Origin: Caedibacter taeniospiralis
Lineage (GTDB): Bacteria > Pseudomonadota > Gammaproteobacteria > Francisellales > Francisellaceae
Assembly: GCF_002803295.2 (NCBI RefSeq)
Contig: NZ_PGGB02000005.1
Location: forward strand, 60,059-92,058
Length of the DNA: 32,000 nt
Reading direction: 5' to 3'
This document shows, piece by piece, positions 1 to 9,396 of this stretch; the first letter of the stretch is position 1; every line of letters starts with the position of its first letter. The translations under genes and the position numbers were made by a program. Under the pieces are notes generated by a model. That model searched no databases. It saw nothing but the letters and a program-made list of their open reading frames with translations, and was not told the origin of the DNA.

Positions 1-1209
1 TATTTGATCGAACAACTTGCTCGTAAAAGTAATAAGGTCGTGATTTTAGTCGATGAGTATGACAAACCCATTTTAGACAATGTTGACAACACCGAGATTG
101 CCAAGGCAATGCGCGGGCGTCTTAGAAATTTTTATAGCGTGATTAAATCCCAGGATGTGAATGTAAAATTTGCGATGCTCACAGGTGTGTCAAGATTTAG
201 TAAAATCAGTATTTTTAGTGAATTGAATAATTTAAAAGATATTACGCTGGATAAACGCTATGCGGATATTTGCGGCTATAACCAGAGTGAGCTAGAGCAT
301 TCATTTAACGCTTATTTGACTGAAGGACAAGTTGATCTTAAGCAACTTAAAAAATGGTATAACGGCTACAACTTCACAGGCATAGAAAGCCAAAAGGTCT
401 ATAACCCATTTGATATTTTGTTATTTATCGATGGCGATTATCAGTACCAGTCCTATTGGTTTGAAACGGCGACACCGACTTTTTTGGTCAAAATGATCGA
501 AAAGAGTCGTTATTTTATCCCAGATCTTGAAGATATTGTTGTCGGTGAGGAGATCTTAAAAACTTTTGATATTGAAACCATGCCGATTGAAACCTTACTG
601 TTTCAGACAGGCTATTTAACGATTAAAGAAATCACGAGCCGTGGTCAGACAATAGCCTATCGCTTAAGCTACCCTAATTATGAAGTCAAATACAGTCTAA
701 ATAATGCATTAGCGGTTATCGCTTCTAATCAAAGCGTTAAAAACATGCTGATTGATCGCATGCTTAATGTATTGGAAGGGGATGATTTTAAGCGTCTTGA
801 GCTGCTGCTAAGTAGCCACTTCGCCTCCATTCCACATGACTGGTATCGCAATAATCAAATTGACCAGTACGAAGGGTTTTATGCGAGCGTTGTGTATAGT
901 TTTCTAACTGCTTTGGGATACGACACGATTCCTGAGGATGTGACCAATCACGGTAAGATTGATTTGACGATTATAATGCACGATAAGATCGTGATTATCG
1001 AATTTAAACTCGCTAAGTTGGGGGATGCTAAAAGTGCTATTCAGCAGATTAAAGACAAAAAATATGCGGAAAAATATCTCAGTATCAATAAGCCTATTTA
1101 TCTCATCGGTATGAGTTTTGATCCGATTGAACGCAATGTTATGGGTCTTGCGGTTGAGCACTTTATAGCTAAAAATACAATGAAATATAAGGATTGTGAT
1201 GGAAGTTAA
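1..1209 (+). CDS. AAA-ATPase-like protein with C-terminal PD-(D/E)XK nuclease-like domain (DUF1703-type), 5'-truncated by window edge
   Basis: Open frame continues to base 1; motifs VVILVDEYDKPILDN (Walker B-like), FNSxNE-less but YNGYNF..YNPFDIL signature, and C-terminal GKIDLTIIMHDKIVIIEFKLAK (D..ExK nuclease core). Confidence 0.8.
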   Translation, partial: YLIEQLARKSNKVVILVDEYDKPILDNVDNTEIAKAMRGRLRNFYSVIKSQDVNVKFAMLTGVSRFSKISIFSELNNLKDITLDKRYADICGYNQSELEHSFNAYLTEGQVDLKQLKKWYNGYNFTGIESQKVYNPFDILLFIDGDYQYQSYWFETATPTFLVKMIEKSRYFIPDLEDIVVGEEILKTFDIETMPIETLLFQTGYLTIKEITSRGQTIAYRLSYPNYEVKYSLNNALAVIASNQSVKNMLIDRMLNVLEGDDFKRLELLLSSHFASIPHDWYRNNQIDQYEGFYASVVYSFLTALGYDTIPEDVTNHGKIDLTIIMHDKIVIIEFKLAKLGDAKSAIQQIKDKKYAEKYLSINKPIYLIGMSFDPIERNVMGLAVEHFIAKNTMKYKDCDGS

Positions 1210-1256
1210 GCGAGGTGGTTTAACCCGAATGAAAGTTGCTGGGTTTAAGTCAATAA

Positions 1257-2144
1257 ATGTCTAATTTTTGTGAAATTATTGACCAGTTTATTGATGATAT
1301 TTGGCTTTCCGAAGGCTTAAGCCAAAATACTTTGTCCGCCTATAAAACGGATTTAAATCATTTGGCAAAAGCCTATCCAAAGAGAGATTTAGTCAAGCTT
1401 TCCTTGCAGGATTTACAAACCTTCCTGACCAGGCGCTTAAGCTTGGGATTAAGTGCGCGCTCTAATGCGCGTATGATTTCAACGCTACATAAGTTTTATC
1501 AGTGGTGTTATGCACAAGAGAAAATCAGCATAGATCCAACACAAAAATTGACTCTGCCAAAATTACCTAAATATTTGCCTCAGGATTTATCTGAGGAGGA
1601 CGTCGAAAAACTGCTTGCCGCACCAGATTTAAATAGTGACCTTGGCATAAGGGACAAAGCGTTATTGGAGCTTATCTATGCAACAGGTTTACGTGTCAGC
1701 GAACTTGTCGGTTTAACTTTGGATGATGTTAATCTGCGCCAAGGGGTGGTGCGTGTGATGGGAAAAGGTTCAAAAGAGCGCCTGGTGCCAACGGGTGAAT
1801 ATGCCCTAGATTATTTAAACAAATATATCAACGAAGTGCGTGAAGAATGGTTGCAAGGGTTGAAGCTTGATAAGCTGTTTGTGTCACATCATCGAAAAGG
1901 TATTACTCGACAAACCTTTTGGCATAGAATCAAGTATTATGCTGAACTGGCAGGGATCAATAAAGAGATTTCGCCACACACCTTGCGTCATGCCTTTGCG
2001 ACACATTTGCTTAATCACGGTGCAGATTTGCGTTCTGTACAAATGTTATTAGGGCACAGCAGTGTCTCAACGACAACGATTTACACGCATGTTTCCCAAG
2101 TGCGTTTGTTGCAGTTATATAAAATTCACCATCCACGGGCTTAG
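1257..2144 (+). CDS. xerD: Site-specific tyrosine recombinase XerD
   Basis: 295 aa; GLRVSELVGL, SPHTLRHAFATHLLNHGADLRSVQMLLGHSSVSTTTIYTHV and HHPRA C-terminus typical of XerD. Confidence 0.93.
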   Translation: MSNFCEIIDQFIDDIWLSEGLSQNTLSAYKTDLNHLAKAYPKRDLVKLSLQDLQTFLTRRLSLGLSARSNARMISTLHKFYQWCYAQEKISIDPTQKLTLPKLPKYLPQDLSEEDVEKLLAAPDLNSDLGIRDKALLELIYATGLRVSELVGLTLDDVNLRQGVVRVMGKGSKERLVPTGEYALDYLNKYINEVREEWLQGLKLDKLFVSHHRKGITRQTFWHRIKYYAELAGINKEISPHTLRHAFATHLLNHGADLRSVQMLLGHSSVSTTTIYTHVSQVRLLQLYKIHHPRA

Positions 2145-2620
2145 GCTTTATTTTCACTACTTTCCAGAAGCTTGCGCACTTTCACGACTTTAATCCAGTA
2201 GATAATGTAGATGACAATACACGCGATAGAAGCAAACGGTGAAATAATGGGAACAAAGGTGACAATAGGTAAAATTACCAGGGCAAGACCCAGAATAAAC
2301 AGGGTGTCACCGCGAAGTTTAATCGCCATATCCTGATATTTTTTAAGGGCATTGCCAACGCCAAATGGTAAGACAATCCACTGAAAAACATAGCCAACAA
2401 CAGGTACAAGAAATAACCAGGCAAACCATGGTTTACTGATTTGCTTATCATTGTCGATGACTTTTAAGAGTTTGTAAACGCTCCATGAAAATAGAATGGA
2501 GAAGAGATAAAAAACAACGATCATTATTAAAAGTGCAATTCCAACACCCATGATGGAATAGGGATCAGTTGAAGTTGTCGTGCTTTGGATGCTGATGTTG
2601 GTGACGGTTTCCTGATTCAT
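2141..2620 (-). CDS. Small multi-pass membrane protein, function unknown (DUF5684-like)
   Basis: 159 aa ORF with four hydrophobic stretches; overlaps xerD 3' end by 4 bp (convergent). Confidence 0.55.
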   Translation of the reverse strand: MNQETVTNISIQSTTTSTDPYSIMGVGIALLIMIVVFYLFSILFSWSVYKLLKVIDNDKQISKPWFAWLFLVPVVGYVFQWIVLPFGVGNALKKYQDMAIKLRGDTLFILGLALVILPIVTFVPIISPFASIACIVIYIIYWIKVVKVRKLLESSENKA

Positions 2621-2712
2621 GGGTTTAGGCTCCTTATTTTAACCTCAATAAATGTGTGCTAAGTATGGCAAAATCCTGCTGATTTTAAAACTATGATAAC
2701 GACCAAATGAGA

Positions 2713-3423
2713 TTAAACAGTTAAGCTTACCAGGGAAATATTTTCATTCGTGTCAATATGAATATAACTTCCGCTGTTAAACCAGTCCCCCAGCACATAA
2801 CGGGTATACCCTTTTTCATAATGTACATTCAACATGTGTGTGTGCCCATGAATAAGGGTTTGATACTGATTCAGGTATTTTTGAATGCCTTTTTCGGTGA
2901 CATCAATGACTTTATATTGAGCATTTTTGTGTTTGCTTTGTCTGCGAATTTTCTGCGCAATTTTTTGCCTTAATGGGCGAGGTAATGCCAGGTAAAGCTT
3001 TTGAATGAGTCTGCTTCTGACAAATTGACGAAAAATCTGGTAGCTTTTGTCATCGGTGCAAAGCAGATCGCCGTGCATAAGCAAAATGGCTTTATGCTCA
3101 AGGTTTAATACATAGGGATCAGGAATAAGTTCGAGCTTAGCCTTCCTGGCAAATGTTTTTCCAATGAGAAAGTCGCGATTGCCGTGCATAAAGTAGACCT
3201 GTAATCCTTGATCATGCGCGTTGGACAGCAGTTTAATAATATGTTGCTGGAAATCACTGATAACATCATCACCTACCCAATAGTCAAAGAAGTCTCCTAA
3301 TATAAACAGTGTATTATCCGTGATGCTGATTTGTGATAGAAACTCTGCAAATAAGGAAGTCGCTTCAGGGCGGGCTTCACTTAAATGCAAATCTGCGATG
3401 ATGTAATAGTTTTGATAACTCAT
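2713..3423 (-). CDS. lpxH: UDP-2,3-diacylglucosamine diphosphatase
   Basis: 236 aa metallophosphoesterase: IADLHLSEARPEAT, GDFFDYWVGDD, MHGNRDFLIGKTFA, HGHTHMLNVH. Confidence 0.93.
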   Translation of the reverse strand: MSYQNYYIIADLHLSEARPEATSLFAEFLSQISITDNTLFILGDFFDYWVGDDVISDFQQHIIKLLSNAHDQGLQVYFMHGNRDFLIGKTFARKAKLELIPDPYVLNLEHKAILLMHGDLLCTDDKSYQIFRQFVRSRLIQKLYLALPRPLRQKIAQKIRRQSKHKNAQYKVIDVTEKGIQKYLNQYQTLIHGHTHMLNVHYEKGYTRYVLGDWFNSGSYIHIDTNENISLVSLTV

Positions 3424-3602
3424 TTAGTGTTTTTAGTGCTTTGTTTATTCAATAACGCGTGTTTAGTATAACAAGGATCCCGTCTATGAAAATCATTAAT
3501 TCAGGTCAATTGTGTAATCCATTGACCAGTGGTGGTATCCGCTACAATTTTGGTAGTGTTTGGTGTAGTATTTGGCGCATTGCAAAGAGGGTAAACAGAA
3601 CA

Positions 3603-5021
3603 ATGCAAAGCAATTTACAAAAAGCGCGTGTCTTAGTCGTGGGCGACTTAATGCTGGATCGTTATTACTATGGTGCCACTGAACGTATTTCTCCTGAGGC
3701 ACCCGTGCCTGTGGTACATGTTAAAACGATTCAGGATCGAGCAGGAGGGGCAGGTAACGTCGCACTGAATATTGCTTCACTTGAGGGTAAGGCGGGTATT
3801 TGTGCGATGGTGGGTCAAGATGAACCTGCTCAAATCTTAGAAAAATTTTTCGCTGAGCAATCGATTCAAGCACATTTAATGGGAACACATTTACCAACGA
3901 TCACTAAATTAAGGGTGTTATCACAAAAGCAACAACTTTTGCGTTTGGATTTTGAAGAAGGATTTAGCCAGATTGATGGTGCTTTATTGGCAAAGAATGT
4001 GAGTAAAGTTATCGGGCAGTATAATGTGATGATTTTATCGGATTACGGCAAAGGTACATTACAGGATGCTAGAAGCTTAATTGCCTTGGCAAAGTCACGT
4101 GATATAGCCGTACTTGTTGATCCTAAAGGCAATGATTTTAGTATTTATCAGGGAGCGAGCTTAATTACTCCCAATCGCAAAGAATTTGAAGCAGTTGTGG
4201 GTAAATGCCATGATGAAAAAGAGCTCGTTGAGAAAGCCAGAGGGCTCATTAGAGCATGTCAATTGGGTGGCTTATTGATTACACGCAGTGAAGAGGGGAT
4301 GACACTTGTGTTAAACACAGGTGAGCTCACAACGATCCCCACTGTTGCCAAAGAAGTGTTTGATGTAACTGGTGCGGGAGATACCGTGATTGCCGTGATG
4401 GCGATGGCTATCTCTTGTGGTTATGATCTAATTTCAGCGATGCGCTTAGCTAATGCTGCTGCGGGCGTTGTCGTGGGTAAAGTGGGAACTGCGACGCTTA
4501 ATGCTCAGGAACTGCACGATGCACTTCATGCGCAAACAAGGGTTGATAAAGGAATTTTAAGTGAGAGTGCACTAAAAAAAGCCATGAATGAAGTGCGTCT
4601 TCAAGGTGAAAAGGTGGTAATGACCAATGGATGTTTTGATATTTTGCATGCAGGACACGTGGAATATTTACAAAAAGCACGTGCACTGGGAGATCGGCTT
4701 ATCGTTGCTGTCAATACGGATGAATCAGTAAAGCGCATTAAAGGGAATACACGTCCTTATGTGGGTTTACAGTCAAGGATGGAGGTTTTAGCGGCGCTAT
4801 CTTGCGTTGATTGGGTGGTCGCATTTGATGAAGACACCCCTAAACGGATTATATCTGAGATTTTACCCGATATTTTAGTCAAGGGTGCTGACTATGAGAT
4901 CGATCAGATTGCGGGTGCCAGGGAGGTCATGGCAGCAGGGGGAGAGGTTAAAACCATCACCTTAAAACCAGATCACTCCAGCACATCAATTATTGAAAAA
5001 ATTAAGACAACAATAAACTGA
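3603..5021 (+). CDS. hldE: Bifunctional D-glycero-beta-D-manno-heptose-7-phosphate kinase / heptose-1-phosphate adenylyltransferase
   Basis: ORF 3459-5021, likely start ATG 3603 (MQSNLQKARVLVVGDLMLDRYYYG); PfkB-type kinase (GAGDTVIAVMAMA) plus nucleotidyltransferase domain (TNGCFDILHAGHVEYLQKAR). Confidence 0.93.
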   Translation: MQSNLQKARVLVVGDLMLDRYYYGATERISPEAPVPVVHVKTIQDRAGGAGNVALNIASLEGKAGICAMVGQDEPAQILEKFFAEQSIQAHLMGTHLPTITKLRVLSQKQQLLRLDFEEGFSQIDGALLAKNVSKVIGQYNVMILSDYGKGTLQDARSLIALAKSRDIAVLVDPKGNDFSIYQGASLITPNRKEFEAVVGKCHDEKELVEKARGLIRACQLGGLLITRSEEGMTLVLNTGELTTIPTVAKEVFDVTGAGDTVIAVMAMAISCGYDLISAMRLANAAAGVVVGKVGTATLNAQELHDALHAQTRVDKGILSESALKKAMNEVRLQGEKVVMTNGCFDILHAGHVEYLQKARALGDRLIVAVNTDESVKRIKGNTRPYVGLQSRMEVLAALSCVDWVVAFDEDTPKRIISEILPDILVKGADYEIDQIAGAREVMAAGGEVKTITLKPDHSSTSIIEKIKTTIN

Positions 5022-5056
5022 CATTTACACAAGTTTTATAAAGGGTATTAAACGAT

Positions 5057-6433
5057 ATGAAGCATGTTCATATACTGGGTATTTGCGGCACATTTATGGG
5101 TGCGCTTGCTATTTTGGCGCGTGAAAAGGGCTATAAAGTCACAGGAAGTGACCAGAATGTTTATCCACCTATGAGTACGTACCTAAATAACCAGGGGATT
5201 GAATTAATTGAGGGTTATGACTATGACCTTTTAGCGCTTAAGCCTGACCAGGTTGTTGTTGGTAATACCATGCGTCGTGGCATGCCGATCATTGAGGATT
5301 TATTAAATAGTGATCAAGTGTATTTTTCAGCACCTCACTGGCTTTATGAAGAAGTTCTAAAAGATAAAAGGGTGATTGCCATTGCTGGAACTCATGGCAA
5401 AACTACAACGACCTCATTGGTGATTAAGCTATTAGAAGATGCAAGTCTAAATCCAGGTTTTTTAGTGGGCGGAATCAGCCAGGATTTTGGCATTTCTTCT
5501 CGCTTAACGGATTCCCCCTATTTTGTTATTGAAGCGGATGAGTATGATACGGCGTTTTTTGATAAAAGATCGAAATTCATGCACTATCACCCATGGATTT
5601 TAGTGATTAATAATTTAGAGTTTGATCATGCCGATATCTTTAACAGCATGGATGACATTTATCGTCAATTTCATCATTTACTAAGAACGATGCCTGGAAA
5701 ATCGATGGTTATTTATCCAGAAGACGACCAGAATATCCTGCATCTCTTGAATATGGGGTGCTGGTCAAAGCGTATTACAGTTAGGACAAAGTCACTCGAC
5801 ATTTCCTCCGCCAAAGCAGATTTTAGCGAGTTTTTCCTCATTGATGAAGATAAAACGGAGCTTGTACAATGGTCAATGCTGGGGGAGTATAATGCGAGAA
5901 ATGCGTTATCTGCCTATGCGGTTGCCAAAGTGCTTGGATTGTCGCTGACTGATGTGGTGCCAGGTTTCACCCATTTTAAAGGAGTAAAGCGGCGTTTAGA
6001 GTGTATTTTTCACCATGATAATTGTGCCATTTATGATGATTTTGCGCATCATCCAACGGCGGTAAGAGAAACCTTAATGGCGATGAAAGCAAAAGCTCAA
6101 ACTCAAGAAAAAGTCGTGGCGATCCTGGAACCTCGATCAAACACCATGAAAATGGGGGCGCAAGAAAGTGAGCTCATCAAGGCGCTTGGCATCGCAGATG
6201 AGGTGTGGTTTTATCAAAATGGTACGATGCAGTGGCAGGCAAAGATCCACCAAAAAGAACATTTTTTAGTCTTTGATTGTGTTGATGACATTGTTGCATA
6301 CTTTACTAAGCATTCAAAAGAAGACGTATTTACGCATTATGTGTTGATGAGTAATGGCTCTTTTGACGGCTTGCATCAAAAGCTGGTCAATGCAAAACAG
6401 TGGCTAATAGAAAATAGCAGAGCAGGAAAATAA
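5057..6433 (+). CDS. mpl: UDP-N-acetylmuramate:L-alanyl-gamma-D-glutamyl-meso-diaminopimelate ligase
   Basis: 458 aa Mur-ligase family: HILGICGTFMGALAILAREKGYKVTGSDQNVYPPMST, GTHGKTTTTSL, ILEPRSNTMKMG. Confidence 0.93.
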   Translation: MKHVHILGICGTFMGALAILAREKGYKVTGSDQNVYPPMSTYLNNQGIELIEGYDYDLLALKPDQVVVGNTMRRGMPIIEDLLNSDQVYFSAPHWLYEEVLKDKRVIAIAGTHGKTTTTSLVIKLLEDASLNPGFLVGGISQDFGISSRLTDSPYFVIEADEYDTAFFDKRSKFMHYHPWILVINNLEFDHADIFNSMDDIYRQFHHLLRTMPGKSMVIYPEDDQNILHLLNMGCWSKRITVRTKSLDISSAKADFSEFFLIDEDKTELVQWSMLGEYNARNALSAYAVAKVLGLSLTDVVPGFTHFKGVKRRLECIFHHDNCAIYDDFAHHPTAVRETLMAMKAKAQTQEKVVAILEPRSNTMKMGAQESELIKALGIADEVWFYQNGTMQWQAKIHQKEHFLVFDCVDDIVAYFTKHSKEDVFTHYVLMSNGSFDGLHQKLVNAKQWLIENSRAGK

Positions 6434-7640
6434 GGCTAAGCAGCGATCCTATCAGGAAGAATGAGCAAAAGCGAAAGGCAAAAATCTTCATTTTTTCAGC
6501 GTATTGGAAGATAATGACATTACTTGCAGCTCCAAGCATACTTAAATTTCCTGCCAGCGTACTGCCAATACTCAAAGCAATGAGTAGCTCCGTTGAGTGG
6601 CTATTGTACTGATTAAGGACAGGCAAAAGAAGCATTACCGCAGGAACGTTGGATAAAATCTGGCTAAGCACAAAACCAATAATCACAAGGCTTAGTGGAT
6701 GAATAAGCCAGTGTTGGTGTATATCCAAAAACGCCTGGGTTATCCCCGTGAGCCACACAGCGTGCATAAAAATAAACATCGCAATAAAGAAGAGTAAACT
6801 ATACCAGTCAACACCTTTGATGACCCTAAAGCGCCTAGGGTAGAATAACAAAATAGGCAGACAAGCCAGCAAGGCAATCATGCTAAGCGACAGGAAAAAA
6901 TGTAGATCAAGCACGGCAAACAGTATTTTTAAAATGATTAAAGAAATAAAGATTGTCATGGCTAAATAGATAGGGACAATTTTTCGTGTTTCAAACTTGG
7001 GTGTTTCAATGGCTGATTTTTCGATAGCTATGGGGTTTTGCAACTGCTTGTGGTAGATAAAAGTGATAATTTTATAGCAGGCATATAGGCTGATAAGACT
7101 GGGAATAATCAAATGGGTAAAAAAGCTGATAAAAGGCGAGTCAAGATATTGTGCAATTAATAAATTCTGTGGGTTGCCAACTGGGCTAAATGCGCTGCCG
7201 ATTGTCATGCTAAAAGCCAGTGTGTACAAATAGGGTTGAGGCGTGAGATTAAACCGTCTGATAAGACTAATCACCGTCCCAATGCCGATGATGGCAATGG
7301 TATCGTTAAGGAGTAATGCAGAGAGTAGACCACTGCTAAAGCAGAGGACAAAAAGGAGTTTCTGTTGTGATATTTGATGGGATAAATAGTTAAACAGCAG
7401 GGTTTCAAGTAGTTTGCTGTCGTGAAGAGCGCTACCTATAAAAAATACAGCCAATAGATAGAAAATCGTTGCAAAATTAATGGCATTAAAAGCCTGCTTC
7501 AGTGTAATGTTTCCACTGATCAAAACCGCTAATGCACAGGCAGACATCACAAGCCAGATAGGTAATGAGAACTGCCCAATTTTTCGCATCGAAGCGCCTA
7601 TGAGAACAAATAAAAGTAAAATGAGTGGGAAGTATTGCAA
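6387..7640 (-). CDS. Anion/arsenite-type (ArsB/CitMHS-like) transporter
   Basis: 417 aa polytopic membrane protein; NDTIAIIGIGTVISLIRR, GSAFSPVGNPQNLLIA and GAASNVIIFQYAEK repeat-type motifs of the ion transporter superfamily. Confidence 0.75.
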   Translation of the reverse strand: MQYFPLILLLFVLIGASMRKIGQFSLPIWLVMSACALAVLISGNITLKQAFNAINFATIFYLLAVFFIGSALHDSKLLETLLFNYLSHQISQQKLLFVLCFSSGLLSALLLNDTIAIIGIGTVISLIRRFNLTPQPYLYTLAFSMTIGSAFSPVGNPQNLLIAQYLDSPFISFFTHLIIPSLISLYACYKIITFIYHKQLQNPIAIEKSAIETPKFETRKIVPIYLAMTIFISLIILKILFAVLDLHFFLSLSMIALLACLPILLFYPRRFRVIKGVDWYSLLFFIAMFIFMHAVWLTGITQAFLDIHQHWLIHPLSLVIIGFVLSQILSNVPAVMLLLPVLNQYNSHSTELLIALSIGSTLAGNLSMLGAASNVIIFQYAEKMKIFAFRFCSFFLIGSLLSLIFLLCYFLLATVLH

Positions 7641-7728
7641 TTAAGACTCGAATCGCTCTGTTATAAAGTTTTGGGATTATATATCAGCTATGAACTATTT
7701 TGCAGAGATTTCACTGCTATCTTCCAGG

Positions 7729-7776
7729 GTCATATACTACCCCAAACTGTCAAGACAGTTTGGGGTAGTATATGAC
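7729..7776. repeat. Perfect 48-bp inverted repeat (23-bp arms, AA spacer)
   Basis: GTCATATACTACCCCAAACTGTC-AA-GACAGTTTGGGGTAGTATATGAC. Confidence 0.95.
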
Positions 7777-7984
7777 AGCAACTATGCTTTTTGTGTGCCA
7801 TTATGAAAACCTTTTTGGCGGCGAGCAGCCTTGCTTGCTTGTGGAGTCAGCTGCTCGCGTCAAAAGTTTTCGTATAACAATTAAAATCCCTTGCAAAAGG
7901 GAGAAAGTCCATATATGGTCAGACCTGCGAGGCGAGGTAGTGCAGCAAAAATGCGTAACGCCCATCAATAAACAGGGACAAAGG

Positions 7985-9367
7985 ATGAATCAACAACGAA
8001 AAGCGGGGGTTTTGTTACACCCTACCTCGTTACCAAATGGTGTATTGGATCAACATGCTTATAAATTTATAGACTGGTTGAGTGAGTCTGATTTGGGTAT
8101 ATGGCAAATGTTACCTCTGACGCCACCTGTTGATGGTATCTCTCCTTATCACAGCGACTCAGCCTTTGCATTGAATACGGCGTTGTTACCAGACGACTGG
8201 CAGGTGCATTTTGATCATAAAAAATTTCAGCAATATCTTCAAAATCCCCCAGAATGGCTAGAGGATTATGTACTTTTTCAGATATTAAAAAATAAATACC
8301 ATACACCTTGGTCAAAGTGGCCCCATGAATATTGCTTTAGAGACTCAAAAGCGCTGCTAAGTTTAAACATGACATTTGCAGCCGAAATATTGCAGCATAA
8401 AAAGCAGCAATTTGCGATCTTTGACGTATGGCAAAAAGTTAAGCGCTATGCAAACCAGAAGGGTATTCAGCTTTTTGGTGATATTCCCATATTTATTACC
8501 TACAATAGCGTCGATGTGTGGGCAAATTTATCTCAATTTAAGCTCGATCAGAATCTTCAGCCACTGGTGGTCACAGGAGTCCCTCCTGATTATTTTTCTG
8601 AAGAAGGGCAGTTATGGGGAAATCCTCACTACGACTGGGGCAGGATGGAAGAAAATGGCTTTAGATGGTGGGTGAGCCGAATTGAAGAGGCATTCAAATA
8701 TTTTGACCTGTTGCGTATTGATCACTTTAGGGGGCTTCAGGCGGTATGGGAAATTCCAGCAGATTCTCATACTGCAAGAAATGGACAGTGGCATAAGGTG
8801 CCTGGCAGTGCGCTATTAGATAAACTCCAGCAAAAATTCCCGGAAATGCCGTTTATCGCAGAGGATCTTGGGTTTATTACACCAGAGGTTGTGGCGTTAA
8901 AAAACAAATATGACTTGCTGGGAATGTCTGTTTTGCAGTTTGGGTTTAATGGACATGCGAACAACCCTCATGCCCTGTATAATCAGAGTGCAAATGCGGT
9001 GGTATATACAGGAACACATGATAATGACACCTCCCTTGGCTGGTTTAATAGTTTAGATGAACCAACCCAAAAAATAGTGCTTGATCAGCTATCAGCAAAA
9101 GAAACACCTATGCCTTGGCCTTTGATTGATGCAGCACTGGCTTCACCTGCTAGGTTATCGATTATCCCTATGCAAGACTGGCTTGGCTTTGGAACTTCGA
9201 CCAGAATGAATACGCCAGGAACGATTTCAAATAATTGGAGTTGGCGGTTTCAATGGCATGATGTACCCGAACAATTAAGCAATAAAATAAAGGCATTAGT
9301 TGAAAAGACACAAAGATCAGAAAGTGTGATGGCTAATGCAGGTAATGAAGGGTTTCCTCATGGATAA
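7985..9367 (+). CDS. malQ: 4-alpha-glucanotransferase (amylomaltase)
   Basis: ORF 7772-9367; likely start ATG 7985 (MNQQRKAGVLLHPTSLP); GH77 motifs FGDIPIFI, LLRIDHFRGL, IAEDLGFITPEV, TGTHDNDTSLGW. Confidence 0.92.
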   Translation: MNQQRKAGVLLHPTSLPNGVLDQHAYKFIDWLSESDLGIWQMLPLTPPVDGISPYHSDSAFALNTALLPDDWQVHFDHKKFQQYLQNPPEWLEDYVLFQILKNKYHTPWSKWPHEYCFRDSKALLSLNMTFAAEILQHKKQQFAIFDVWQKVKRYANQKGIQLFGDIPIFITYNSVDVWANLSQFKLDQNLQPLVVTGVPPDYFSEEGQLWGNPHYDWGRMEENGFRWWVSRIEEAFKYFDLLRIDHFRGLQAVWEIPADSHTARNGQWHKVPGSALLDKLQQKFPEMPFIAEDLGFITPEVVALKNKYDLLGMSVLQFGFNGHANNPHALYNQSANAVVYTGTHDNDTSLGWFNSLDEPTQKIVLDQLSAKETPMPWPLIDAALASPARLSIIPMQDWLGFGTSTRMNTPGTISNNWSWRFQWHDVPEQLSNKIKALVEKTQRSESVMANAGNEGFPHG

Positions 9368-9396
9368 AATGGAGCAATGTATACAGCAGTTACAAA

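Noticed and set aside
1257-2144. Tyrosine recombinase as an integrase of a genomic island
   Set aside because: C-terminal sequence and overall match are typical of chromosomal XerD, and neighbours are housekeeping genes; no tRNA or att repeats seen.
4498-4686. Small antisense ORFs inside hldE, malQ, glgA, glgB, glgP, glnA, ptsP and others
   Set aside because: They lie opposite well-supported genes, have no family motifs and are best explained by chance openness on the opposite strand.
6387-6433. Convergent overlap of mpl and the transporter gene as something regulatory
   Set aside because: Short 3' overlaps of convergent genes are ordinary, as is the 26-bp overlap at 23063-23088.
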